64,000 bases of DNA from an uncultured Verrucomicrobiae bacterium (GTDB lineage: Bacteria > Verrucomicrobiota > Verrucomicrobiia > Chthoniobacterales > UBA10450), in the NCBI GenBank assembly GCA_963801815.1, contig CAWDGJ010000002.1, forward strand, positions 640,001 to 704,000, read 5' to 3'. The stretch's first letter is position 1, and the number at the start of each line of letters is the position of its first letter. Of the stretch, positions 39,943-51,091 are shown one piece after another. The notes below the pieces were generated by a model. That model saw nothing but the letters and a program-made list of their open reading frames with translations, had not been told where the DNA came from and made no database searches. The position numbers and the translations under genes were made by a program.

Positions 39943-40927
39943 CTATTGAACCGCCCGCGTTGTGGATTCCATCGTCATTGTGCGGAGGAGAAGTTGTGCA
40001 AGCAGGTTCACCGCAATGGTTACGCCAAAGAGCACCAGGCCAATCTCAAACAATGCTTGGAGATAAATGTCGGTCGTCGCTTCGGTAAACTCATTGGCAA
40101 TGACACTGGCCAGCGTATACCCCGGTTTGAACAGCGATGCGGCGATCTGCGGTGTATTTCCGATCACCATCGTTACAGCCATCGTTTCACCGAGCGCGCG
40201 GCCCAGCCCCAGAATCACGGCGCCGAAGAGGCCTTTTCGCGCGTAACTCAGGACTGCGATCCGGGTCACTTCCCATCGCGTGGCGCCCAGACGCGTAGGC
40301 CGCCTCACGCTGAAGGTCCGGTACGCTCCGCAAAATCTCGCGGGATACTGAAGTGATAATCGGAAGAATCATGATCGCGATAATGATTCCTCCCGCCAGC
40401 ATGCTCGTCCCGTAGATCGGCCCGGTAAAAAATGGCGTCCAACCGAAGAGTTTTTTCAAGGCCGGAAACGGATAATCGCGCAGCCACGGAATCATCACGA
40501 AAATTCCCCACAGTCCAAGAATCACACTCGGAATCGCCGCGAGCATTTCGATGAGTGACACGATCGGCTGCCGGACCCAAAGCGGCGCGAGGTCTGTCAG
40601 ATAAACGGCGGTGGCAATGCTGAGCGGCACCGCGATGATGAGGGAGATCAGCGATGAGACGAGTGTGCCGTAAATGAACGGCAAGGCGCCGAATTGCTCT
40701 GCCACTGGGTCCCATGTCGATGTGAAGAGAAAGTGGAATCCGAATTTCTGGATTGCGAGAGAAGAACCGCGCGCCAGCTGCCAGCCGATTAAAAAGACTA
40801 GCAGAATGACGACCAACGCCATTCCGAGGGTCAGCCATTCGAACGTCTTGTCACCGAAGCGCGACGGCGGAGCCATTCGCGCCGACGCGGAACGTTCATC
40901 GGCTAGCATCGATGCGGCGAGAGCCAT
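39943..40927 (-). CDS. pstC: Phosphate ABC transporter permease PstC; indel near 40290
   Basis: WDPV, LAAIPSVILGLWG, REAAYA then LGRALGETMAV. Confidence 0.93.
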
Positions 40928-40965
40928 AATCTGCTTATTAAAATCCCTGCGTTGGACAGGAAAAC

Positions 40966-41988
40966 CTACGTCTTAATCTCAGCAATTCGTTTCAAAATTC
41001 GATCACGAACATTTGCCGGTAACGGAGCGTAGTCCAAATCCTTCGCCATATCTTCTCCCTTTGTCACCATCCATTTCAAAAATTCGACGAGCTTTTTACC
41101 CTTGGCGACGTCTTTTTGCTGCTCATAGACCAGCAGCCAGGTTGCGCCCGAGATCGGATAGGCGTCCTTGCCCGGAGCGTTTGTCATGGAAAAGCGGAAA
41201 TCATCGGGAATTTGCGCAGTTGCCATCGCTGCAGTCACGGATTCCAAAGTCGCTTTCACGAATTCGCCATCCGCATTTTTCAGATCGGCATACGGCATTT
41301 TATTTTGGATCGCGTAAATCAATTCCACGTAACCAATCGCACCCGGCGTCTGCTTGACCTGACCGGAAACGCCCTCATTGCCTTTGCCTCCAATGCCGGT
41401 GGGCCAATTGACGGACGTATTGTTTCCGACCTTCTGTTTCCATGGCGGACTGATCTTGCTCAGGTAATCGGTAAATATGAACGTCGTGCCGCTTCCGTCC
41501 GAACGATGGACCACTACAATCTCCTGGTCGGGCAGCTTCACTCCCGAATTCAGCGCGGCAATTTTCGGATCATTCCATTTCTTGATTTCGCCGAGATAAA
41601 TTCCAGCAATCGTGTCGCCATCGAATTTTAGTGCCGGATTGCCGGTCAGATTGTAGGTCATCACCACAGCGCCGGCGACCGTCGGAATGTGAAGAAGTTT
41701 CCCGGGCGCTTTGGAAAGGTTATCATCACTCATCGGACCATCAGAGGCGCCGAAGTCAACGGTTTGCTCCAGAATTTGTTTCTGCCCTCCGCCCGAGCCG
41801 ATCGATTGGTAATTAAATCGGACCGATGGATCGACTTTTGTATAGGCGTCGAACCATTTTGAATAAATCGGATATGGAAAGGTCGCGCCCGCGCCGTTGA
41901 TCAGCATTTGCGCCGAAGCGCTAGCGCTCAGCCCAAAGGCGAGTATGAGCCCCAATAGTTTGCCGCCGAGTCGAGAGAGGTTTGTCAT
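40966..41988 (-). CDS. pstS: Phosphate-binding periplasmic protein
   Basis: GAGATFPYP, YQSIGSGGG, DFGASD, HRSDGSGTT, GKGNEGV. Confidence 0.97.
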   Translation of the reverse strand: MTNLSRLGGKLLGLILAFGLSASASAQMLINGAGATFPYPIYSKWFDAYTKVDPSVRFNYQSIGSGGGQKQILEQTVDFGASDGPMSDDNLSKAPGKLLHIPTVAGAVVMTYNLTGNPALKFDGDTIAGIYLGEIKKWNDPKIAALNSGVKLPDQEIVVVHRSDGSGTTFIFTDYLSKISPPWKQKVGNNTSVNWPTGIGGKGNEGVSGQVKQTPGAIGYVELIYAIQNKMPYADLKNADGEFVKATLESVTAAMATAQIPDDFRFSMTNAPGKDAYPISGATWLLVYEQQKDVAKGKKLVEFLKWMVTKGEDMAKDLDYAPLPANVRDRILKRIAEIKT

Positions 41989-42032
41989 GCAACGAAGTTG
42001 CCGCACCCCGGTTCGGCCGGTCAAAACGTTTA

Positions 42033-42052
42033 CTGTTACGTTTGTGTGACAG
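42033..42052 (-). promoter_or_regulatory. Pho box upstream of pstS
   Basis: Minus strand CTGTCACACAA-ACGTAACAG: two half-sites 11 bp apart resembling CTGTCATA repeats; overlaps the phoR stop. Confidence 0.7.
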
Positions 42053-43312
42053 TCTGAGTCGGACTGGCGTTGGGCAGAATCACTCGGATCGTCGTTCCTC
42101 TTCGGGGCTGACTGTCCGCTTCTACCCGTCCCCCGTGAAGCTGGGCAATGTGCTTGACGATCGACAACCCGAGGCCGGTGCCGCCAAGTTCACGGCTGCG
42201 CGCCTTGTCCGCGCGATAAAATCTTTCGAAAATCCTCGGCAAATCTTCCGCGTCGATTCCAACCCCATCGTCCCTGACACTTAACATGATCTCACCATCA
42301 CGCCGCTCGGCCCCAAGACGAATCTCGCCGCCTTCGCCCGAGTACTTCACCGCGTTATCGAGCAGATTGTCGTAAACTTCGCGCAGCCGTTCTTCGTCCG
42401 CGCAAATGATCGAACAATCATCGGCTATGTCCACGACAACTTCCAAGCCTTTGGCCGAGATTTTTTTCTCCAATCGCGAACGAGGTCGGAAAGAAATCGT
42501 AACAGATCGATCTCACTCGTTTGCAGGTTCGAGCTGCCCGATTCCACTTGCGCCAGCGTTAACAAATCGTTCGCGAGCAAGCCGAGACGCTTCGAGTGCT
42601 GGTCCATCACTTCCAGAATACGAGCGGTCTCGCCCCGCGGCATTTTCGGATCGTCCAGCATGGTTTCGATGTAACCGCGGAGGATCGACAATGGCGTGCG
42701 CAGCTCGTGCGAAACATTCGCCACAAAATCGCGCCGCATTTCGTCTGCCCGCTTCAACGCCGTGATGTCGTGAAACAAAACGACCGCCCCGGCCTTTGCG
42801 CCGTTGCCGAGCTGCATCGGCTCGGCGCTGACATGCCAATGCCGTTCCGCCAGCGTGATCTCGCCATGAGTTGGTTCGCAATCTCGAAATGTGCGAGTAA
42901 TAAGCTGGTCCAGGCTGGCCTCACGCACCGACTCAAGCAGTGGTGCACCCAGTGAGTTTTCATCAAGGCCAAAAAGTCTTTGAAATGTTTGGTTGAACAG
43001 CGCGATCCGGCGTTCGCCGTCAAGCACCAGCAATCCATCCTGCATCGCGGAAAAAATCGCGCTTTGTTCCGAGGCGCGCCTGGCAGCTTCCCGGTCGAGT
43101 TGCCGCTGACGCGAGGAAATTTCTTCAAGCGCGACGCCGACCCTTCGCGCTTCCTGGCCACCTTCTATCAAGAACGTGCGCGGTTGATGGCCGCGTCCGA
43201 TTTGCCTAACGAGTCGCTCGATCTGGCGCCAGGGCGCGATCCATCTTCGCCAGACGACGAATCCAACTAGAATTGTCGACCCGGCGATGGCGGCGAGCAC
43301 AATCCAGGACAT
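42036..43312 (-). CDS. phoR: Phosphate regulon sensor kinase; indel in A-run near 42465
   Basis: TM, PAS, RRDFVANVSHELRTPL, NLLDNAVKYS, ERFYRADKARSR, GTGLGLSIVKH. Confidence 0.92.
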
Positions 43313-43315
43313 CGT

Positions 43316-44011
43316 TTATTTCTCGCGGAGGCGGTAACCAAAACCGCGCACGGTCTCAATGATGTCCCCCGCTTTCCCGAGCTTTTCGCGCAACCGCCGC
43401 ACATGAGTATCGACCGTCCGGGTATCGATGACGCTTTCGTAACCCCAAACTTCATTCAGCAATCGGTCGCGCTCTTGCACGCGACCACGCCGTTGCATCA
43501 ACGTTCGCAACAGTTTGAATTCGAGGCTGGTTAGATTGACTGCTTTGCCGTTGACCGAGACCTGGTGGCGCGCGGGATCAATCGTGATCGCACCAGCGCT
43601 CAATTGCTCGTCAGTCTCTTCCGCGGAGCCGCGGCGAAGAATGGCTTTGATTCGCAGAACGATCTCGCGCGGACTGAACGGCTTCACCACATAATCGTCG
43701 GCCCCGAGTTCAAGTCCGACGATCCGATCGATTTCTTCGGCCTTGGCTGTCAACATTAAGACCGGAATTTGTCGCGTCCCCGAATCGGTCTTGAGAATCT
43801 TGCAAACTTCGAGACCAGACATTTTCGGCAACATCAGATCGAGAATGATCAGATCCGGCTTTTCGTTTCGCGCTTTTGCCAGACCGGTCGCGCCGTCAGA
43901 CGCGCTGGCAACGACGAACCCGCCGGCTTTGCGCAAATTCAGACTTAAAAGGTCAACAACGTCTTTTTCGTCTTCGACGACGAGAATTCGCTTGCTCGAC
44001 ACGGCGTCCAT
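43316..44011 (-). CDS. phoB: OmpR/PhoB-family response regulator
   Basis: LDLMLP, GADDYVVKPFS, RTVDTHVRRLREKL, TVRGFGY; next to phoR/pst. Confidence 0.9.
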   Translation of the reverse strand: MDAVSSKRILVVEDEKDVVDLLSLNLRKAGGFVVASASDGATGLAKARNEKPDLIILDLMLPKMSGLEVCKILKTDSGTRQIPVLMLTAKAEEIDRIVGLELGADDYVVKPFSPREIVLRIKAILRRGSAEETDEQLSAGAITIDPARHQVSVNGKAVNLTSLEFKLLRTLMQRRGRVQERDRLLNEVWGYESVIDTRTVDTHVRRLREKLGKAGDIIETVRGFGYRLREK

Positions 44012-44034
44012 TCGCGCGAGGGATTTGCGAAAAG

Positions 44035-44299
44035 CTACTTCGATTCCCCCGCGACGGCGGGTTTCACGCCGGCCTTTTCGTTCAAGACCTGGGTGAATTC
44101 CTGCAGGCTGGAAACGATCTGCGGCGCCTTGGTCAGCACCGTGCTGGCCAGTTTTTCGGCGTAATCCGGCCGGCGCTGCGACATCTCCGAGAGCGCCATC
44201 ATGACGGCGAGCGCATTGTTAATCGAATGCTTGATCTCGCTGAATTTTTTCTGCAACTGGGCGATTTCTTCGGCGAAAGGGTATGATTGGTTCGCTCAT
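44035..44299 (-). CDS. Small stand-alone HisKA/DHp-like protein (~87 aa); indel near 44280
   Basis: MSEPI...[31 protein letters not shown]-box-like motif, all-helical. Confidence 0.65.
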
Positions 44300-44366
44300 G
44301 ATCGGGATTTTCGCTGGAGAAAACAGGAGGCTGTGCTTGACTGATAGGTTCGAGATTTCTCGTCCG

Positions 44367-47267
44367 ATGCCTGCGCAAGTTATCAAGATCAGTGGTGCGC
44401 GCCAGCACAATCTAAAGAATCTCCACGTCGAGATTCCGCGGGAGAAGCTGGTCGTGATCACCGGCCTGAGCGGCTCGGGAAAGTCGTCGCTCGCCTTCGA
44501 TACCCTCTATGCCGAAGGCCAGCGCCGTTACGTCGAGAGCCTCTCCGCTTACGCCCGGCAATTCCTCGACCAGATGGAAAAGCCGGACGTCGATTTCATC
44601 GAAGGCCTTTCGCCGGCGATCGCGATCGAGCAGCGCAGCGCCGGCGCGAATCCGCGCTCGACCATCGCGACCACGACGGAGATTTACGATTATCTGCGCG
44701 TTCTTTTTTCGGCGGTCGGCCAGCCGCACGACCCACAGACCGGCCAACCGATTTTCCGGCAAACGCCGCAGCAAATCGTCGATCAGATTCTCGCCTACCC
44801 GCCCGGAAGCAAAATCATTCTGCTCGCGCCGCTGGTGCGAAACCAGATCGGCGAGTTTCGCGACGTGATCGAGAAGAGTGAAACGCGAAGGCTTCGTCCG
44901 GGTCTCGAGTCGATGGCGAAATCGTCGAGCTTGACCGGCCGGAACCGATTCGGCTGAAGAAGGGCGAGCGACACACGATTGAGGCGGTGGTTGATCGGTT
45001 GGTGGTGCGCGACGGAATTCGGACCCGGCTGGCCGATTCGGTGGAGACGGCGCTGAAATGGGGCAACAACAGGTTGTCGATCTTCGATAGAGAGCAGAGC
45101 ACCCAGCGAAAAGTCTAGATGGGAAGAGCTCCGCTATTCGACCGACTACAGTGCAGGAGAACGGATTTCTCGTTAGGCGAGCTGACGCCGAAACATTTTT
45201 CGTTTAACAGCCATCTCGGCGCCTGTCCGGCCTGTCATGGGCTCGGCACGCAATTGGTGTCGATCCCGAGCTGATGATTTCCGATCAGACGCGAAGTATC
45301 GCCGAAGGCGCGATCACGCCGTGGCGGCGCGGGACGAAACGAATGCAGGCCTATTACCGCGAGCTGCAGGGCGCGCTGGTGAGGCATTTCGACGTCGACG
45401 AAGACATTCCGTTCGCAGATTTGCCCGAGAAATTCAAGGACGCGCTCTATTTCGGAACCAACGGCGCGCCGATCGAAATGAACTTCGGCGGCAACGGCGA
45501 AAAGGAGCGCGCCCATTCGAGGGACTGGTCCCGCAAATGCAGCGGCTTTACGAGGAGACGCAAAGCGAATTCACGCGCAACCGGATTCGCGCCTTCATGA
45601 CGCGCGTGCCCTGCACGGTCTGCCACGGCGCGCGGCTGAAACCGGAAATTCTCGCGGTCACGATCAAAGACCGAGAAGGGCGCGAACTGAACATTCACCA
45701 GTTCAGCGAGCAGACGATTGAAGCGGCGGCGCGTTACATCGACAATCTCGAGCTGACTCGACAGCGCAGAAAAAGTCGTCGCCGATGTGGTGCGCGAAAT
45801 TCAGTCGCGCCTGCAATTCCTGGTCGAAGTCGGGCTCGGTTATCTCACGCTCAATCGCGAGAGCGGCACGCTCTCCGGCGGCGAAGCGCAGCGAATCCGG
45901 CTCGCGACCCAAATCGGTTCCGGACTGGCCGGCGTTCTTTACGTGCTCGACGAACCGAGCATCGGGTTGCATCAGCGCGACAACGCGCGGCTGCTCGGTA
46001 CGCTGCGCCGGCTGCGCGATCTCGGGAATTCCGTCATCGTGGTCGAGCACGACGAGGAAACGATTCGCGCGGCCGATCACATTGTCGATCTCGGTCCGGG
46101 GGCCGGACCGCGCGGCGGCGAAATTGTGGCGCAGGGAACACTCGGCGAAATCTTTGCGCGCCAAGAATTCGCTCACGGCTGATTATCTGTCCGGGCGTTT
46201 ACGCATCCCGGTTCCAAAACATCGAACCGAACCGCGATCAGTCCGAAACCGGGCGACGAAGAACGAAGAAGGCTGGCTGATCGTGAGGCGCGACGGAAAA
46301 CAACTTAAAGAACATCGAGGCCGCGTTTCCACTCGGCTGTTTCACCTGCGTGACCGGCGTTTCCGGCAGCGGCAAATCGACGCTGGTCGACGACATTCTG
46401 CGGCGGGCACTCTTTCGGCAGTTTTACAATTCGAAAGACAAACCAGGCACGTACCGGGCGCTGGCCGGCGTCGATCAGATCGACAAGGCGATCGTGATCG
46501 ATCAAAGCGCGATCGGACGGACACCGCGCTCGAATCCGGTCACCTACACCGGTGCGTTCGCACCGATTCGCGAATTGTTTGCGCAACTTCCGGCAGCCCG
46601 GGTGCGCGGTTACGACGCGGGCCGGTTCAGTTTCAACGTCAAAGGCGGCCGCTGCGAAAATTGCGAGGGCGGCGGTTTGATCAAGATCGAGATGCATTTC
46701 TTGCCTGACGTTTACGTGCAATGCGAAGTCTGTCGCGGCCAGCGTTACAATCGCGAGACGCTCGAGATCACTTACAAAGGAAAAAATATCGCCGACGTGC
46801 TCGATCTGACGGTGGATGAAGCAGCGCGATTCTTTCGAAACGTGCCCAGCGTTTCGGACAAACTGAACGCGCTTCTGGATGTCGGACTTGGTTATTTGCG
46901 GCTCGGTCAGGCCGGCACAACGCTTTCCGGCGGCGAAGCGCAGCGAGTCAAGCTGGCGACCGAGCTGGCAAAAAAGGCGACCGGTCGGACCGTCTATATT
47001 TTGGATGAACCGACGACTGGACTGCATTTCGCCGATATCGAAAAACTGCTGCAGGTGTTGATGAAATTGCGCGATGCCGGCAACACGCTGATCGTGATCG
47101 AGCACAATCTCGAAATGATTAAGTGCGCGGACTGGATCATCGATCTCGGGCCGGAAGGCGGCGAACTCGGCGGCGAACTGGTGGCCGCTGGTCCGCCGGA
47201 AGAAATCGTGGACGTTGCCGCCAGTCATACCGGGAAGTATTTGCGGCCTCTCTTGCAGAAGAAATGA
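44367..47267 (+). CDS. uvrA: Excinuclease ABC subunit A (canonical); multiple indels 44880-46300
   Basis: [64 protein letters not shown]. Confidence 0.93.
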
Positions 47268-49717
47268 AACGCGCTCTCAACCTCGCCGGCGTCGTTTTGA
47301 TTACGCTGTCTTCATTCGCGCGCGCGGACGTTTCAAATCAGCTCACGGAGGCGGCGAGGCCACTAAGCGATGGCGTCCCGGAAGTCGCGGTCACTCGATT
47401 GGAGGCTTTGTTGAAGCAAAGTCTGTCGGAGGCGGATTGGCGCGCTGTCGCGGAAAGACTGCTCGAAGCGATGGTGGCCGCAAATCAGACAGCTGATGCC
47501 CTGAAACTGTTGGAAGACCCGCGATTGCAGCAAAGCGCATCTGCAAGTTTTTGGCATGCGCAGTTGCTGGCCAGGCTGCATCGCGAATCTGAAGCGTTGG
47601 CGCTGTATAGGCAAATCGCAAGCGGCAACAACTCCGCCTTTCGCGCGGACGCCGTCTTTGGCGCCGGGGAAATGTTGCGGGCGCTCGGCCGGCGAGATGA
47701 AGCGCTGGACAATTTTGCAACGTTGTTTCGCGACCCGAAATGGAGCGTGAAAGCGCAGCTGCGCGCCGCAGAGATCTATCTGGACAAGTCGGATGTGGCG
47801 AACGCGCGACGTTTGCTCGACAAAATTCAGCCAACAATTGCTGATGAAAAAAAGGAGCGCCATTTCCTGCGAGGCAGGCTTGAGCTCGCTTCCCAAAGAC
47901 CCGACCGGGCGATCGCGACGTTCAATTCGATATTGAAGCAACCGGAGGGTGCAACGCACGAGACTTTGACGGCTGTCTTATTCGCATTGGCGGACACGCA
48001 TCTGCAGCTGAACACGCCGGATCTCGGAGACGATTCACTTGAAAATTTTATCGAACATCACCCTCACGATGTCGATCTCGCTCGCATCTTCGCCAAGCTG
48101 GACGAACTTTACCGCGCCGAACGCAAGCCTTCGAGGACCGAACTCGATCGATGGGCCAGGGATCCGGCCGAGCCGAGGCGCGCGTTCGCTCATTGGTATC
48201 TGGCGCGATTCGATTTGCGGAACGGACGGCGCGATCGAGCACTGGAATCGTTCGCTGCGTTGCAAAAGAATCATCCGCCGAACCCCGCTCTCACCCCGGC
48301 GTTCATCGAGTTTGCTCAATTCGAGCTGGAAGATCGTCGTTTTGATGAAGCGCTCACGATATTGGATGACGCGCGAATGCTGCGGCCCAATCCGGCAATG
48401 CTCGATCGCGTCAACCTCCTGGCGGCCGAAGTTAAGTATCGGGCAAGGCGTTTTGACGCGGCGACCGCCGACTTTGAACAAATAGCCAGGTCCGGTTCGG
48501 CCCTGGCGCCGGTGGCAATGTTCGACTCCGCGCTTGGCTCCTTGCAACAAGGGGATGAACCGAGGTTCGTCGCCAACGTCGAAGAGTTTGGCAAAAAGAC
48601 GAGCGATGAAAAATCGCGTGCGGATCTGCGATTGGAAGCGGGATTATCACAAGCGGCCAAAGGTGATCAGCGAGCAGCCGAGTCGCTGAATAAGTTTTTG
48701 CGCGAATTTCCGACGAGCGGGCGAGCTGCGGACGCGTGGGTCGCGCTGGCCGAGCTCGCGTTTCATGCGACACCGCCACGAATCGATGAAGCCCGTAAAT
48801 ATCTCGCCCGCGCTGCGGAAGCGAAACCAAGCGTGGTTGCCCAGGAACGAGCCGATTACCTGGCGATCTGGTTGGAAGACACATTGCCGGGTGCCGAGAC
48901 CAAGGCGACGGAGGTGGCAAAGCGATTTGTTCAGCAGCACGACACCTCCGCTCTTCTGCCATCGGTCCGAATGAAGTTAGGCGAGGTTTATTTTCGGCAG
49001 GAAGATTTTGCAAACGCGGAAACGCAATTCGAATTACTAGCCGAGCAGGATCCGAAAGGCCCGCTCACGGAACGGGCGCTGTTTTTCGCAGGCGAAGCAG
49101 CGATGGCTGGCATGGCCGCGCAATCGCTCGACCGCGCACTCGTTCTGTTCGATCGAGTCGTGCAGCTCAATGGCGATTTTAAATGGGCGGCGCGTAACGA
49201 GCAGGCAGTGATCGAGCGCAAACTAGGCAAACCGCAGGACGCGCTCGCTCTTTATGAAGAAGTCTTGAATGGCGCTGCTCGTCCGGCCGAGCAACGCGAA
49301 GCGATTTGCGGCAAGGGCGACATCTTTTTCGAGATGGCAGCAAACGATCCGCAAAATTATCAGCGCGCCATTGAGTCTTATGACCGCCTGGCGGCAGATC
49401 GAGAGGCGCCGGCGAATTGGCGCAATCAGGCGCTGTTCAAGAAAGGACTCTGTTTGGAAAAGAAATCGGACCGGGCCGGCGCTCTCGCCAGCTTCTACGC
49501 CATCCTTGAGGAAGGATCGCATTCGGAACGTCCACATGAATTCTTCTGGTTTTACAAGGCGGGATTCAATGCGGCCCAGCTCCTGGAAGCTGATTCAAAG
49601 TGGGAATCCGCCGCCGCGGTTTATCAAAAGCTTGCGGCCGCGGGTGGTACTCGCAGCAACGAAGCGCGAGACCGCTTGGACCGGCTTCGTCTCGAACATT
49701 TCCTGCGCCAGGAGTAG
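47264..49717 (+). CDS. Exported tetratricopeptide-repeat protein
   Basis: Signal peptide [21 protein letters not shown]; repeated TPR-like helical units; ATGA overlap with uvrA. Confidence 0.85.
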   Translation: MKRALNLAGVVLITLSSFARADVSNQLTEAARPLSDGVPEVAVTRLEALLKQSLSEADWRAVAERLLEAMVAANQTADALKLLEDPRLQQSASASFWHAQLLARLHRESEALALYRQIASGNNSAFRADAVFGAGEMLRALGRRDEALDNFATLFRDPKWSVKAQLRAAEIYLDKSDVANARRLLDKIQPTIADEKKERHFLRGRLELASQRPDRAIATFNSILKQPEGATHETLTAVLFALADTHLQLNTPDLGDDSLENFIEHHPHDVDLARIFAKLDELYRAERKPSRTELDRWARDPAEPRRAFAHWYLARFDLRNGRRDRALESFAALQKNHPPNPALTPAFIEFAQFELEDRRFDEALTILDDARMLRPNPAMLDRVNLLAAEVKYRARRFDAATADFEQIARSGSALAPVAMFDSALGSLQQGDEPRFVANVEEFGKKTSDEKSRADLRLEAGLSQAAKGDQRAAESLNKFLREFPTSGRAADAWVALAELAFHATPPRIDEARKYLARAAEAKPSVVAQERADYLAIWLEDTLPGAETKATEVAKRFVQQHDTSALLPSVRMKLGEVYFRQEDFANAETQFELLAEQDPKGPLTERALFFAGEAAMAGMAAQSLDRALVLFDRVVQLNGDFKWAARNEQAVIERKLGKPQDALALYEEVLNGAARPAEQREAICGKGDIFFEMAANDPQNYQRAIESYDRLAADREAPANWRNQALFKKGLCLEKKSDRAGALASFYAILEEGSHSERPHEFFWFYKAGFNAAQLLEADSKWESAAAVYQKLAAAGGTRSNEARDRLDRLRLEHFLRQE

Positions 49718-49775
49718 TCGCCTAACGAGCGCATTTTCACTTGCCTTTGGCGTAAAAAAGGCTCACCCTGTGGTT

Positions 49776-50009
49776 ATGACAACTGTGACTAAGTTAGCCA
49801 CGGTCGCCCTGTCGATCGCGATCTGCGCGTCGGCATTCGCTGCTCCGCAAAAGAGCGTCACAACCACGAACAAGCCTTTAAAGGCTGTGAAGTGCACTGT
49901 GATGATCACCGGTTCTGCCTGCCGGCAGGACTGCTCGCGGCTCAGTGTAATCCCGAACACGTCGTATCCGATCGATCGAATTGGCGGCCATTCGGCAGCA
50001 AGCGATTAA
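49776..50009 (+). CDS. Small secreted Cys-containing protein
   Basis: Signal peptide ending ASAFA; mature part ...KCTVMITGSACRQDCSRLSVIPNTSYPIDRIG. Confidence 0.6.
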   Translation: MTTVTKLATVALSIAICASAFAAPQKSVTTTNKPLKAVKCTVMITGSACRQDCSRLSVIPNTSYPIDRIGGHSAASD

Positions 50010-50012
50010 TTT

Positions 50013-51005
50013 TCAGCGAATAATTTCGCTGGAAGTAGTTTCCGGCGCCCTCACGCCGGGCCGAATCCTTGTTTTTGTTTGTAATTCCTGAGGCGGCAAG
50101 CGTGGGCCGCCTCTGTTGTCTCTGGACATCGTTTCCATCGCCTTGATGATACGGGTAAGCGCGTCGTTCACCGGGCAATCAAGACCATGACGGGCACCGA
50201 GCGCGACGATAGCTCCGTTCAAGTAATCGATTTCCGTAGTGCGACCGCGCATCAGGTCCTGTCGCATCGAGACGATGTTGCGCGACCCGGCATAAACCGA
50301 ATTTATTTCATTCATAAAATCGATATCGAGACTCATCTTTTCTGCGGCGGCGACCGCGACGCATTCGTTAATCACGAGTTGCTTGAGGCGAGATAAGCTT
50401 GGATCGACAATTTCTCCGACTTCGCACTTAAGTATCGTCGTAATCGGGTTTACGACACAATTGAAGACGAGTTTGCGCCAGACTTCAGTATGGATGTCGG
50501 GAGAAATGCGGCAATCAAGTCCCGCCGCATCGAGAACATTTGCGACAGACTGGCTACGCTCATGGCGTTCAAGAAGTGTGGAACCTTTCGCCATATATCG
50601 AATCGTCCCGGGACGGTCGAAGATTGCGCCAAACTGAGTAATGCCACGGATTACGACTCCACGTCCTCGAACTCTGTCACGCACTATACGGTCGCTATCC
50701 AAACCGTTTTGAAGTGCGACGATGGTTGTGTCGTCCCGGACAAGCGGTCCAACTGGCTCGAGTGCTGTCACGGTTGCCGGCACTTTAGTGGTAACCAGAA
50801 TTAGCGTATCCGGCAGAATGCAATCAATGTGCGTTGCTGCTCGCACGCGAACAGTTTGATTCTCAATGCCCTCGATACGCAGACCGTCTTCTTCAATCGC
50901 CCGCACGTGATCGGGGCGACCAACAAGCGTGACGTCATTCGTACCTGCAAGTTTGGCGCCGTACAGGCTGCCGATGGCGCCGGCTCCCAGGATGAGGATT
51001 CGCAT
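50013..51005 (-). CDS. panE: Ketopantoate reductase family protein
   Basis: GAGAIGS, LQNGL, WRKLVFNCVVNP, SMRQD, TEIDYLNG. Confidence 0.9.
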   Translation of the reverse strand: MRILILGAGAIGSLYGAKLAGTNDVTLVGRPDHVRAIEEDGLRIEGIENQTVRVRAATHIDCILPDTLILVTTKVPATVTALEPVGPLVRDDTTIVALQNGLDSDRIVRDRVRGRGVVIRGITQFGAIFDRPGTIRYMAKGSTLLERHERSQSVANVLDAAGLDCRISPDIHTEVWRKLVFNCVVNPITTILKCEVGEIVDPSLSRLKQLVINECVAVAAAEKMSLDIDFMNEINSVYAGSRNIVSMRQDLMRGRTTEIDYLNGAIVALGARHGLDCPVNDALTRIIKAMETMSRDNRGGPRLPPQELQTKTRIRPGVRAPETTSSEIIR

Positions 51006-51091
51006 CGCGGCAACCGTAACATGTCTCCACCCCAGCAGCGACGCCTAACAGGCGGTCGCGACGCGAATCAGCCATGCCGACAGGACAGAAA

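Noticed and set aside
42455..42475. Phase variation or programmed frameshift in phoR at the A-run
   Set aside because: Short homopolymer in an assembly with many scattered indels; sequencing error is more parsimonious
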